A stretch of 64,000 nucleotides of DNA from Candidatus Latescibacterota bacterium (GTDB lineage: Bacteria; Latescibacterota; UBA2968): positions 7,200,001-7,264,000 of the forward strand of contig OZ240241.1 in the NCBI GenBank assembly GCA_965198115.1. The letters are read 5' to 3'. The notes below the pieces were generated by a model. It was given only the letters and a program-made list of their open reading frames with translations, was not told the origin of the DNA and did no database searches. The position numbers were made by a program, and so were the translations under genes. Below are positions 10,851 to 20,944 of this stretch, piece after piece. The number at the start of each line of letters is the position of its first letter. Positions within the stretch are counted from its first letter, which is position 1.

Positions 10851-12022
10851 CTAGTGTCACGTCCCAGGAATAACTAGAAAAATATTCGATTCTGTCGTAT
10901 GGTTCCTCAAGTACTCATTCTTGGGAGGAACCGATGGCTAGAGGTCGTCCGTTACAGCCACTGAACATCAGTGATGAGGTCCACGATCAACTCGAGTCAT
11001 TGTCTCGTTCGCGTAGCATGTCTCACGCTTTGGTGCGTCGCGCGAAGATCGTCTTGATGAGCGATTGCGGTCTGACCAATCAGGAGATCGCGGAACGAGT
11101 CGGGTTGTCCGGAGCGTCTGTCGGCAAGTGGCGTCGTCGCTTCTGCGAGCAAGGCTTGATGGGACTGTATGACGAATTGCGTCCTGGAGGGCCACGGTCG
11201 GTCAGCGACGAAGAGATCTCCTCCCTCATCTACAAGACGCTCAAGAAGCAACCGAAGGGTGCCACCCACTGGACCTGTCGTTCGATGGCCGACGAGACGG
11301 GGCTCTCCAAGTCCTCGGTTCAACGTGTATGGAAAGCTTTTGGCCTGCAACCGCATCGACAGAAGCACTTCAAACTGTCGAACGATCCCTTCTTCGTCGA
11401 GAAAGTCAGGGATATCGTCGGTCTATACCTGAACCCACCGGACAACGCGATGGTGCTCTGTGTAGACGAGAAGAGCCAGATTCAAGCACTCGAACGGACA
11501 CAACCGATTCTTCCTTTGGGTCTCGGATACGTCGAGGGCGTCACTCACAGCTATATCCGGAACGGCACGACCACCCTCTTTGCAGCGCTCAACATCGCAT
11601 CCGGCAAAGTTCTGACTCAGTGCAAGCCCAGACACCGCAACAAAGAGTTCCTTCAGTTCCTCAAGCACATCGACAAGAACGTCCCAAAGGATCTCGACAT
11701 CCATCTGGTCGTCGATAATTACGGCACGCACAAGCACCCGAACGTCAAGCGTTGGCTCGCCTCACGGAAACGATATCACGTGCACTACACACCAACATAT
11801 GCCTCCTGGCTGAACCAGGTAGAGATCTGGTTCGGTATCATCACCCAAAGAGCCATTCGACGAGGCACCTTCAGAAGCGTCAAGGACCTGATCGCCTGCA
11901 TCAAGAAATTCACTGATCACTACAACGAGAATTCTACACCCTTCGTCTGGACCGCCACGGCAGATTCAATCCTCGAGAAAGTCCATAAACTTTTGAAGCT
12001 TATACGCGGGACGTGACACTAG
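10851..12022 (+). mobile_element. IS630-family element, copy 1
   Basis: Terminal IR ctagtgtcacgtccc/gggacgtgacactag with CTAG at both ends; near-identical inverted copy at 18573-19745. Confidence 0.95.
10934..12016 (+). CDS. IS630-family transposase
   Basis: N-terminal HTH; DDE motifs VDEKSQIQA, VDNYGTH, SWLNQVEIWF. Confidence 0.95.
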   Translation: MARGRPLQPLNISDEVHDQLESLSRSRSMSHALVRRAKIVLMSDCGLTNQEIAERVGLSGASVGKWRRRFCEQGLMGLYDELRPGGPRSVSDEEISSLIYKTLKKQPKGATHWTCRSMADETGLSKSSVQRVWKAFGLQPHRQKHFKLSNDPFFVEKVRDIVGLYLNPPDNAMVLCVDEKSQIQALERTQPILPLGLGYVEGVTHSYIRNGTTTLFAALNIASGKVLTQCKPRHRNKEFLQFLKHIDKNVPKDLDIHLVVDNYGTHKHPNVKRWLASRKRYHVHYTPTYASWLNQVEIWFGIITQRAIRRGTFRSVKDLIACIKKFTDHYNENSTPFVWTATADSILEKVHKLLKLIRGT

Positions 12023-12067
12023 GTAAGCCCGCGACTAGTCCTAGGCCAGAAAAATCAAGGGTGAAAC

Positions 12068-12754
12068 GTGCACAGCAGCAGCCTAAGAGGCTCGGATTTC
12101 GAGCTTTCGGTCGATGGGGTGGACGTTGCTCACGGCGAGTTTTTCGAGGAGGTTCGGAAGACGACGCGTCTCGGGGTCGTTGCGCCCAACCGATTCGAGG
12201 GGACGGGTGCGGCGCTTCTCATGATGGCCTACGTGACGGCTTTCTACGATCGCTATCGTGCAGAGGGTGATGAGTTTTTCGCCTATCCGGATGTCTTCGT
12301 TTTTCAGGGACGGACGCCACTTGCGAGCTACGGGATGCTCGATGCGTGGCCCGAGCATAAGATGGTGCGTGTGGAGTCCGACGATATCGCCACGGCGGTG
12401 ACGGATCGAGCCATCAATGTGTTGCTGATCCCCGATCGCTGGTGGGCGGACTCTGATGGGCAACACAACAGGGTGGCCCTCGAAAGCGCACGTCGTAACC
12501 TGGCGCGATGTTTCGTTTACAATTCGCTTGGGAGCGCGACCGAGCCCAGCCTGACGATTACCTGTGCACGCGATCCGGTGTCGGAATGGGTGTTGAAAGT
12601 GTTCGAATCTGTCGAGGACAATGAGGCTGCCGAGGCACGGGATGCCTGGTTGGCGGGCATCGACGGTGCGGATACGATCGAACAAAGTTTCCGTGAGATA
12701 TCGATAGAAGAGGCGCTCGACCATCTCGTGCCTCAAAATGGAGGGAAGCGATGA
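12068..12754 (+). CDS. hypothetical protein
   Basis: 228-codon ORF with GTG start; its stop overlaps the next ATG; protein-like composition. Confidence 0.7.
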   Translation: MHSSSLRGSDFELSVDGVDVAHGEFFEEVRKTTRLGVVAPNRFEGTGAALLMMAYVTAFYDRYRAEGDEFFAYPDVFVFQGRTPLASYGMLDAWPEHKMVRVESDDIATAVTDRAINVLLIPDRWWADSDGQHNRVALESARRNLARCFVYNSLGSATEPSLTITCARDPVSEWVLKVFESVEDNEAAEARDAWLAGIDGADTIEQSFREISIEEALDHLVPQNGGKR

Positions 12755-14016
12755 TGAAGGTTGGTGTTGCGATTTTGGTGGTGGTGTCGGGCTTGATCGG
12801 GTCGAATGCTCGAGCCGGAGACTGGGGCGAGTGGCGCGGGCCGACCCGCGATGGCATCTCGAAGGAAACCGGGCTCCTGAAGTCGTGGCCCGAGGGTGGT
12901 CCCCGACTGTTGTGGCGGGTCGACCACGTGGGGGGCGGCTACTCCACCCCTTCCGCCGTGGGCGATCGTCTCTACATCATCGGCAACGAGGGAATGGACA
13001 CGGAGTCCGTCCGGGCGCTGAACGTGCTCGACGGATCGGTCGTCTGGTCGACCCGCATCGGGAAGGTCGGTCTGCCGGATCAGAACCCGAACTATCCCGG
13101 TTCGCGATCGACACCGACGGTCGATGGCGAACGAATCTACGCGTTCAGTTCCGATGGCGATCTGGCCTGTATCGAGCGGGCATCTGGTAAGATCCTGTGG
13201 AATCGAAATGTTCAGTCAGCTTTTGGCGGACAGCCCGGACGATGGGCCTACGCGGAGTCTCCGCTGGTCGATGGTGACAATGTGGTGGTCGCGCCCGGCG
13301 GGCCGGAAGCCCCGTTCGTGGCGCTGAACAAGAAGACGGGCGAGACGGTGTGGGTATCGGGGATGAGAACGGGTGAGGAGGCGGCCTACGCATCCGCCGT
13401 GGTCACGCACGCATCCGGCGTGAAGCAATATGTGCATTTTCTCCAGGGTGGTGTTGCGGGTGTGGAAGCGGCTACCGGAAACGTGCTCTGGCGTTACGGG
13501 CGTGTCGCAAAAGGGAGTCCCGCCAATATTCCCACGTCTATCGTACAAGGTGACTACGTATACAGTGCGACCAAACGTGGAGGTGCCGCCTTGCTGAAGA
13601 TCGATCTGGACCGCAAAGGCGCCTTTGAGGAGGTTTACTATGGGCAGAAACTGCCCACGCACTTGGGCGGGTCGGTCCTCGTCAATGGCCATCTATACGG
13701 GACAACGTCGTCTGCACTGCTGTGCACGGTGTTCGAAACTGGCGGGTTGAAGTGGACTGATCGCAGCGTGGGTGCCGCATCGATTGTGTATGCCGATGGC
13801 CGGCTTTATCTCGCGGGAGAGGATGGCGAGGTCGCGCTGGTCGAGGCGACCCCAACAGAGTATCGCGAGCTGGGTCGTTTCACGCCGGTCGATCCGCCTG
13901 ATCGCGGGAAGTCGAAAGTCTGGGCTTACCCGGTTGTCGCGAACGGCCGGCTATACATCCGGGATTTGAATGTGTTGTGGTGCTATGATGTTGGTGAAAG
14001 AGCGAGTTCCGAATAG
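12751..14016 (+). CDS. PQQ-like beta-propeller repeat protein (BamB-like), exported
   Basis: Signal peptide; DWGEWRGPTRDG, GYSTPSAVGD, STPTVDG, ESPLVDG, WAYPVVANGRLYIRD. Confidence 0.9.
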   Translation: MMKVGVAILVVVSGLIGSNARAGDWGEWRGPTRDGISKETGLLKSWPEGGPRLLWRVDHVGGGYSTPSAVGDRLYIIGNEGMDTESVRALNVLDGSVVWSTRIGKVGLPDQNPNYPGSRSTPTVDGERIYAFSSDGDLACIERASGKILWNRNVQSAFGGQPGRWAYAESPLVDGDNVVVAPGGPEAPFVALNKKTGETVWVSGMRTGEEAAYASAVVTHASGVKQYVHFLQGGVAGVEAATGNVLWRYGRVAKGSPANIPTSIVQGDYVYSATKRGGAALLKIDLDRKGAFEEVYYGQKLPTHLGGSVLVNGHLYGTTSSALLCTVFETGGLKWTDRSVGAASIVYADGRLYLAGEDGEVALVEATPTEYRELGRFTPVDPPDRGKSKVWAYPVVANGRLYIRDLNVLWCYDVGERASSE

Positions 14017-14122
14017 CGAGTGATGATCTCCGAATGAAGAGGTTGTCTCGAGGCACCCCTCTTTCCTTCGGCCAAACTGGAGAGAGCGTCCGCTCTTCGT
14101 TTTACTCCCACCAACGCTACGT

Positions 14123-14323
14123 GCTGTCATCCCGAACGGCGACAGGGCCGGCGTTGCTCTCGATGCCGTCGACAACAGATGCCGTGAGGGATCCCTCCTC
14201 AGCAGCAGAGGAGTCGGGAAGACCGAAGTGACGCCGTTGCCCGCGACGTGGGATCCCTCGGCACGTCATCGTGTTCGTCCACCCATTCCGTGTCCCTTGC
14301 CGGGCGTGCCTCGGGATGACAGC
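14123..14323. repeat. REP/MITE-like palindromic element
   Basis: Perfect 13-bp IR gctgtcatcccga (14123-14135)/tcgggatgacagc (14311-14323); internal gagggatccc/gggatccctc pair. Confidence 0.6.
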
Positions 14324-14380
14324 TCCTCCTGGCTTTTCCAGGCTCAACGGTCGACCCCCCACTTCATCCTTCTTATAATT

Positions 14381-15799
14381 GGCTCTATCCGGGTTTCTCA
14401 ACGGTGAAACTATAGAATGACAAGGTCATAGATCGTTCCCTACGCTTGGTTGTGTGTGTAGGACAATCAAAGCGAAGGGGGTGCGACCTATGACCGGGAG
14501 CAGATTACTATCGAAACTGCTGAGATTCAAGGGGTTCCGTGTTGTCAGCTGGTGGTTTGAGGGGAGAAGCTGTTTCGTCATCGCCGTAAAGCCACATAAG
14601 AATGGTTGTTGTTGTCCGGAGTGCGGCCGTCGAGGTAAAATCGTCCGCACAATGCCCCATCCGCGTCGGTGGCGTGACATTCCGGTGTGCGGGTGGAGGG
14701 TCTGGCTTCTCTACCATCCTCGGGAGATTCGGTGTCCTACCCACGGTCGTGTGGTCGAGGAGATTCCGTGGGCGGAGCGGTTCTCTCGGGTGACGTATCG
14801 CTTCGAGTATGCCATGCTGCGCTACTGCCAGACCATGACGCAGAAGGCGGCGTCCGAGTTGCTGCGCATCTCTGCCTCGACGCTGTCGGATCTCCTTCAC
14901 CGATCCATCACGCGGCTTCGTGAAGGTCATCGTATCCGAGGGCTCAAAACCATCGGGATCGACGAGATCTCCTACGCCAAGCGTCACAGGTACGCCACGC
15001 TCGTTTACGATCTGGACCGCTTCTGCGTGGTGTGGGTTGGCCGCGGCAGGGCGCGTAAAACGATCGATCGGTTCTTCACAGAGGCTCTCAGTCCCTACCA
15101 GAGATCCAAGATCGAGTGGGCCTGCTGCGACATGAGCGAAGCTTACATCGGAGCCATCCAGGAACACTGTCCGAATGCCAAGCTGGTCCTCGATCGCTTT
15201 CACATCGTCAAGGCTCTCAATGCCGCCGTTGACGAGGTCCGTAAGGACCAGTGGCGTAAAGCTGCCCCGGATGAGCGCAAAGCCATGAAGGGCCTCCGAT
15301 GGCTCCTCTACCGGCACTCAGCGACACGCTCCAGAGGGGATACTCGGACACTCAAAGCACTGGAGAAGGCGAACTACCGAATCTATAGAGCCTGGAGACT
15401 CAAGGACGAGTTCGAGCAGTTCTGGGAATACAAAGCGCCCTGGGCTGCCGAACGCTTCCTGAAATGCTGGACGACGTCCGCACTCAGAAGTCGACTTGAA
15501 CCCCTGCGAAAGTTCGTCAGGACCCTGCGACAGCACTTCTTCGGCGTCCTCGCATTCGTGAACACGCGTCTTACCAACGCCATCGCCGAAGGCCTCAACC
15601 GAATCGTCCAAATCGTCAAGAAACCGAGCCAGCGGATTCCGCACACTCGACGCATTACGATATGATCTTCCTTACCGTCGGAGACATAAACATCCCTGAG
15701 CAGATTCCGAAGAGGTTCCGCACACTCTAACCGCGCCCCCATGCCAGGAACCACGGCACCTTCACCCACTTCATCTCGTTGAGAGATCCGGATATAGCC
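14381..15799 (+). mobile_element. ISL3-family element, copy 1 (no target duplication; 3' frameshifts)
   Basis: Ends ggctctatccgg...ccggatatagcc; near-identical to 49323-50742; flanks do not match each other. Confidence 0.92.
14454..15730 (+). pseudogene. ISL3-family transposase, frameshifted near the C-terminus
   Basis: CPECG zinc finger, IGIDEISY, CCDMSEAY, LDRFHIVK, EGLNRIVQ; indels near 15620 and 15655 relative to copy 2. Confidence 0.85.
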
Positions 15800-15873
15800 T
15801 CTTCTTTCCCACGGTCCCTCCTTGGGCTCTGAGTTTCGAAGATTGCGAACTGACTAAAAACGCTCGGTCTCAT
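15797..15873 (-). repeat. inverted copy of the leader/start of the 16843 gene
   Basis: 76/77 identical to 16782-16858 in reverse complement, including SD AAGGAGG and GTG start; cut by the ISL3 end. Confidence 0.9.
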
Positions 15874-16439
15874 CAATCCCTCAAGACAAAAAGCCCGAAC
15901 GCCAGGAAAGGGTCGTCTTGGGGACCCCAAACCTGAAATCCGGGCGCGGGATAAACCGATCCTCGTTACCCTAAATCACAGACATGTCGATCGACTCCTC
16001 AGAGCCGATGATCTTGATGTTCGTTACTATTCCTCTTTGAGATCGATGGTGCCAAATGACGGAGTTTTGATCAGATCAAGGCATTGAAATCCCTGACTCT
16101 CACAGTGTTGTCCGAATGATCTGCTGTGCGAGGCTTGCCGTTCTGCCTTACTACTCGCAGATCTACTGCACCGTCCTCCGGAGCACTTATCTCTGAAGGT
16201 TGTTACTGAATTCGGGGAGCCCCTTTGCTACGGCGCCGTCTCTAGTCGGCGTCCTTGTATTGTCGGCCCTTCACATCATAAATATACTGATATTCCGATC
16301 ATCTCAAAGCAGCTATCCTCTCACGAGTTCTTCCCTCAGCAGGAGACAAAATAACTTTGCCATCTGCTCCACCTTGCTTTATCCAGTCCTGATGACAGCT
16401 GCATGAATATCATAATTCACTGCACAAACAATTAGTTAC

Positions 16440-16490
16440 GAAGAAATAGGACGACTGGTAACAGCAATCGGAGTGTGGTCAATAAACCCC
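16440..16490 (+). repeat. ~50-bp direct repeat, copy A
   Basis: gaagaaataggacgactggtaacagcaatcggagtgtggtcaataaacccc; matches 24999-25048 with 1 substitution and 1 indel. Confidence 0.9.
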
Positions 16491-16597
16491 CAAGATATCT
16501 GGTTTGGACGGGCCGGTGAAAGCGCTCCGCAAAACCCCTAGGGCGCACTGCGGAAGTACCACGTGGGGATGACGGGGACGAGCGCTTACTTTCCGAA

Positions 16598-16765
16598 CCG
16601 TCTTCTTCGGCGGGATCACGATCCTGATGTCGGTAGCTCCCGTTGCGACCAGCGCCTCATACATCGGTCGCGAGTCGTAGGCTCCGTCTGCAGTGAACCG
16701 CGCGATGGTGCCTTCAATTTGCTCCAGTATCGAGATGCCAACGGACGCATCGGTTACGATTGAGG
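16598..16765 (-). pseudogene. IS5-family transposase internal fragment
   Basis: LEQIEGTIARFTADGAYDSRPMYEAL...IVIPPKK resembles the IS5/IS903-type DDE core. Confidence 0.7.
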
Positions 16766-16842
16766 TGATCGGAATATCAGTATGAGACCGAGCGTTTTTA
16801 GTTAGTTCGCAATCTTCGAAACTCAGAGCCCAAGGAGGGACC

Positions 16843-17721
16843 GTGGGAAAGAAGAGGCGGGCCACGTCGGGTCTGTGTGTGGCCGTTTCGGAGGACGTCA
16901 GAGCGATCCGCCAACTGATCGATCGGGTTGTCCGAACGGGCGAGCTTCCCCTTTCCGGCAACGACTCCCCACGTGTCCGGGAGGCTCTGCAGGAACGGGA
17001 AGACACTTGGCCACGCGGCAGGCGGCGAGAAGAGGTGGGCAGACGTGCCATTGATTGGTGCAGGCGGCTGGTCGTCGCCGAGCTCTTCGCGCGGCCAACC
17101 GGCCTGCCGGCGATCGCGAGGTCTGTGGAGGCGGATAGCGAGGTCGTGCAGGACGACCTGTCGGTGGTTTCGGCGTACCGGACTCTGGCCTTGGGACTTG
17201 GGCAGGCCGACACTGCACTTTCCAGGACCCGGAGACGAATCGAGAGACTGCAGGTAGACGCCTTCCAAAACTTGGCCGAGGCAGGCGGATTGGAGCCACG
17301 GCGGAGAATCAGGAACGAGATAACCGACCGGGAGGTGAAGCTCTGCAAATTGCTGATGAAGTTGGGGTTCCTCGGACCGATCGGGCGCTACCTGCGGGAG
17401 GGGGAGTCCGACGCGGAGCGTGGCGTGAGGGATCCCGCCGGTCCTCCACCAGGTACCGGCAAACCGTATCAAGGACAAGAGTACATCGCAGCGATCAGCC
17501 AGCTGACAGAGGCCGTGGTCTACCCAGATGAACTGCCCGTATACGGCGCCGGCTCCGTGCGCGTCCTGAAGATCCTACAACAGGGCGGGGACAAGTGGAC
17601 CGCTGGAAGGAAGGAGCGAGGGTCGGATGAGCACATGGCCGTATGGGCGAGACGGCTGCTGGTCGCCGCACAGTTGGCCGGGGAGTTGGACCTGCACACA
17701 TCGCGGCGTCTCTGGACGTAG
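16843..17721 (+). CDS. hypothetical protein (orphan)
   Basis: Strong SD aaggaggg before GTG; 292 codons; no family recognised. Confidence 0.7.
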   Translation: MGKKRRATSGLCVAVSEDVRAIRQLIDRVVRTGELPLSGNDSPRVREALQEREDTWPRGRRREEVGRRAIDWCRRLVVAELFARPTGLPAIARSVEADSEVVQDDLSVVSAYRTLALGLGQADTALSRTRRRIERLQVDAFQNLAEAGGLEPRRRIRNEITDREVKLCKLLMKLGFLGPIGRYLREGESDAERGVRDPAGPPPGTGKPYQGQEYIAAISQLTEAVVYPDELPVYGAGSVRVLKILQQGGDKWTAGRKERGSDEHMAVWARRLLVAAQLAGELDLHTSRRLWT

Positions 17722-17905
17722 ACAGATCGGTCGTGTACTACGACATCAGGGCCCTCAACGAGCACGGACTCCCAACGGGAAAGCTATTGGTTTCAATTCG
17801 GACGTTTTGACAAGGCGTGTGAGACTTGGCACGTGGACAAACGCCGACTTCTGAAGGCCCTCACGCGGGAGGCGGCCTTAAGGCACGTCGACGCGTGCCC
17901 TTTCT

Positions 17906-18286
17906 TCAACAAAGAAAGGCCTGCCCGTCTTTCGCGGACTGCACATTAATGAGTTTCGCGATGGAAAAGAGGGAGAGCTTGCCGAGGCCCTTGCGGCCCA
18001 TGACCTTGCGGCCCTTCGCCGTGAACTTGCCATGTTCCGCATCTTCCTCGCGGCGACGGTAGCCGACGCGAAGATATTTCTCGTTCATGTCCTTGACCGT
18101 CATGCCGTCGTCGACGATCTCGATCCTTTTCGAATTCGGATCAATTCTGATCTCGACGTTCTCCGCGTCGGCGTCCCAGGCATTCGCGACGGCCTCCGTC
18201 AGAACCGCGGCGATGTTGCTGTAGAGATTGACGCCGAGGTGGTCGAGGACATTGAGGTCGACCGTCATTCTATAAGTGTTGGTCAT
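17906..18286 (-). pseudogene. GHKL/MORC-type ATPase, N-terminal fragment
   Basis: LYSNIAAVLTEAVANAWDADA, VDDG, MGRKGLGKLS motifs; ends after 126 aa; coupled to the upstream nuclease stop. Confidence 0.85.
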
Positions 18287-20616
18287 GCGTCCCCTCTCGT
18301 TAGGCCGAACTCGTTCTGTAACATGTCACGAACGAGCTCTGGAGTATTGAAACCGCTCGTCGTCAGAATGTCCGCAATGTCCTTCTCGCAGAAAAAGATG
18401 ATGGGATGGCGGTCTTCCCGAACTTCCTCATAGGCCTGCCTGCCGATCACCGACGTAGTTACGAGAACTCCGAACTGGCGATGGCGAATGCGAGAGATCA
18501 AGCGGGACACTTCCTTTACGCCGACGCTGTTCGAAGTTTGACCGTTCAGAGGAGGCCTATAACACTTCGCTTCTAGTGTCACGTCCCGCGTATAAGCTTC
18601 AAAAGTTTATGGACTTTCTCGAGGATTGAATCTGCCGTGGCGGTCCAGACGAAGGGTGTAGAATTCTCGTTGTAGTGATCAGTGAATTTCTTGATGCAGG
18701 CGATCAGGTCCTTGACGCTTCTGAAGGTGCCTCGTCGAATGGCTCTTTGGGTGATGATACCGAACCAGATCTCTACCTGGTTCAGCCAGGAGGCATATGT
18801 TGGTGTGTAGTGCACGTGATATCGTTTCCGTGAGGCGAGCCAACGCTTGACGTTCGGGTGCTTGTGCGTGCCGTAATTATCGACGACCAGATGGATGTCG
18901 AGATCCTTTGGGACGTTCTTGTCGATGTGCTTGAGGAACTGAAGGAACTCTTTGTTGCGGTGTCTGGGCTTGCACTGAGTCAGAACTTTGCCGGATGCGA
19001 TGTTGAGCGCTGCAAAGAGGGTGGTCGTGCCGTTCCGGATATAGCTGTGAGTGACGCCCTCGACGTATCCGAGACCCAAAGGAAGAATCGGTTGTGTCCG
19101 TTCGAGTGCTTGAATCTGGCTCTTCTCGTCTACACAGAGCACCATCGCGTTGTCCGGTGGGTTCAGGTATAGACCGACGATATCCCTGACTTTCTCGACG
19201 AAGAAGGGATCGTTCGACAGTTTGAAGTGCTTCTGTCGATGCGGTTGCAGGCCAAAAGCTTTCCATACACGTTGAACCGAGGACTTGGAGAGCCCCGTCT
19301 CGTCGGCCATCGAACGACAGGTCCCAGTGGGTGGCACCCTTCGGTTGCTTCTTGAGCGTCTTGTAGATGAGGGAGGAGATCTCTTCGTCGCTGACCGACC
19401 GTGGCCCTCCAGGACGCAATTCGTCATACAGTCCCATCAAGCCTTGCTCGCAGAAGCGACGACGCCACTTGCCGACAGACGCTCCGGACAACCCGACTCG
19501 TTCCGCGATCTCCTGATTGGTCAGACCGCAATCGCTCATCAAGACGATCTTCGCGCGACGCACCAAAGCGTGAGACATGCTACGCGAACGAGACAATGAC
19601 TCGAGTTGATCGTGGACCTCATCACTGATGTTCAGTGGCTGTAACGGACGACCTCTAGCCATCGGTTCCTCCCAAGAATGAGTGCTTGAGGAACCATACG
19701 ACAGAATCGAATGTTTTTCTAGTTATTCCTGGGACGTGACACTAGCGAGAACTCGGCATAAACAGGATCGTCACTTAAGACCGAGCAAATACTTCCCGAT
19801 CGCATCTCGACCACCATCGACGGCAGCGCGTGTGATCTCGTCGATGATGACACGATGATCGTGCATCTGGAACACTCGTGCGGCGAAGGCTTCGAACGCG
19901 CGCGGTGCGTCTTTGAAGTGCTTCCACACCGTTTCCAAAATGGCTATCTTGACCGGCGAGTCAGGAAACTGTCCTGACCACGAACGACGGTCGTGCTCAG
20001 CGGTCAAAGCGCGATAACGTCCCTTACGCACCCATTGCGACCAAGCATGGGGAGCTTTTTTTGAGGTAAGGGAATCGCCATCGGCAAGATCGCGAAGCCA
20101 AGCGCGGTCAAGCACCGGCGCATCAAGCACCGTGAAGGTCGCCTGGTAATTCTGGAACCGTTGACCCTTGGACGTTTTCCAGACGGCAACGAGGTCGGCC
20201 GTCGCAGGCAGACCGCTGAAGCCCGGTGCTGCAAGGCCCTTGAACTGAACAGACCGTGCGCTCGCGGGTGTCGGATACTTTTTGAAGATGAAGAACGGCG
20301 GGATTCGTAATCGATGGGGGGCGTCGAGTGAAGAAGATCAAATACCCGTCTCACCGGTTCCCACCGGGACCGGTGTCGTGAAGCTCGTGGCCAGGAGTCT
20401 TGTTACCACCGTAATAGAGAAATTGGCCCGTGTTGAGATCAAGCCGATCGGGCCAATCTTTGTCCTCACCACTCGTGTAAAGAACGACAAACTTCTTGTC
20501 GTCACCCCGCCCTGCGGCCCGAAAACCACCTAAGTTGCCTGTCCCAGGCAGGAGCTTGGAAAGCGCTCACCGGAAAGTTGGCCACCGGCCGCACCTTCAT
20601 AGACCGCATCTATAAG
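18283..20616 (-). pseudogene. AspBHI/MspJI-like (SRA + Mrr-cat) modification-dependent restriction endonuclease, IS630-interrupted and frameshifted
   Basis: Fragments LIDAVYEG, WPDRLD, YYGDNKTPG, PPFFIF, FQNYQATFTVLD, DGGRDAIG. Removing the IS at CTAG restores AEFSLEAKCY...SRIRHRQFGVLVTTS. Confidence 0.8.
18573..19745 (-). mobile_element. IS630-family element, copy 2 (transposase has a +1 frameshift near 19325)
   Basis: Same IRs and CTAG ends as copy 1; extra G in cactgggacc. Confidence 0.95.
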
Positions 20617-20735
20617 GGAGGATGCGGCTCTCAAACCGCTCCTCCAGACCGCGAACCCGGGGACGCCGGACCTTGATCGTCCCGCAGCTTGTCGAGAGAC
20701 GTCGAGGCTTACCGTAACCGTTTCGGTAACCGCTA
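20617..20735 (-). pseudogene. IS256-type transposase fragment
   Basis: YRNGYGKPRRLSTSCGTIKVRRPRVR...FESRILP. Confidence 0.7.
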
Positions 20736-20758
20736 GGCCCATCTACCTGGAGGCAGGC

Positions 20759-20890
20759 GGGCGCGAAGCAACAGAACTCCACCGTCACTCGTGACGGCGC
20801 CACCGGCAAAATAAGCCTCAACTACCTTGCCCGAAATGCTTGCGAATGGTAACCGGATCTGACTATGTTCTATCACGGTAGTTCCTTCCA
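20759..20890 (-). mobile_element. 132-bp fragment of the IS1380 element
   Basis: Near-identical in reverse complement to 42445-42576. Confidence 0.9.
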
Positions 20891-20944
20891 CAGACCTTGG
20901 ACTAGGCCCGGGCCAACAGACAACTGTGGGCAGAGCGCGAAAAC

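Noticed and set aside
18579-19662. Programmed frameshift in IS630 copy 2
   Set aside because: Copy 1 is a single ORF and the difference is one extra G with no slippery motif.
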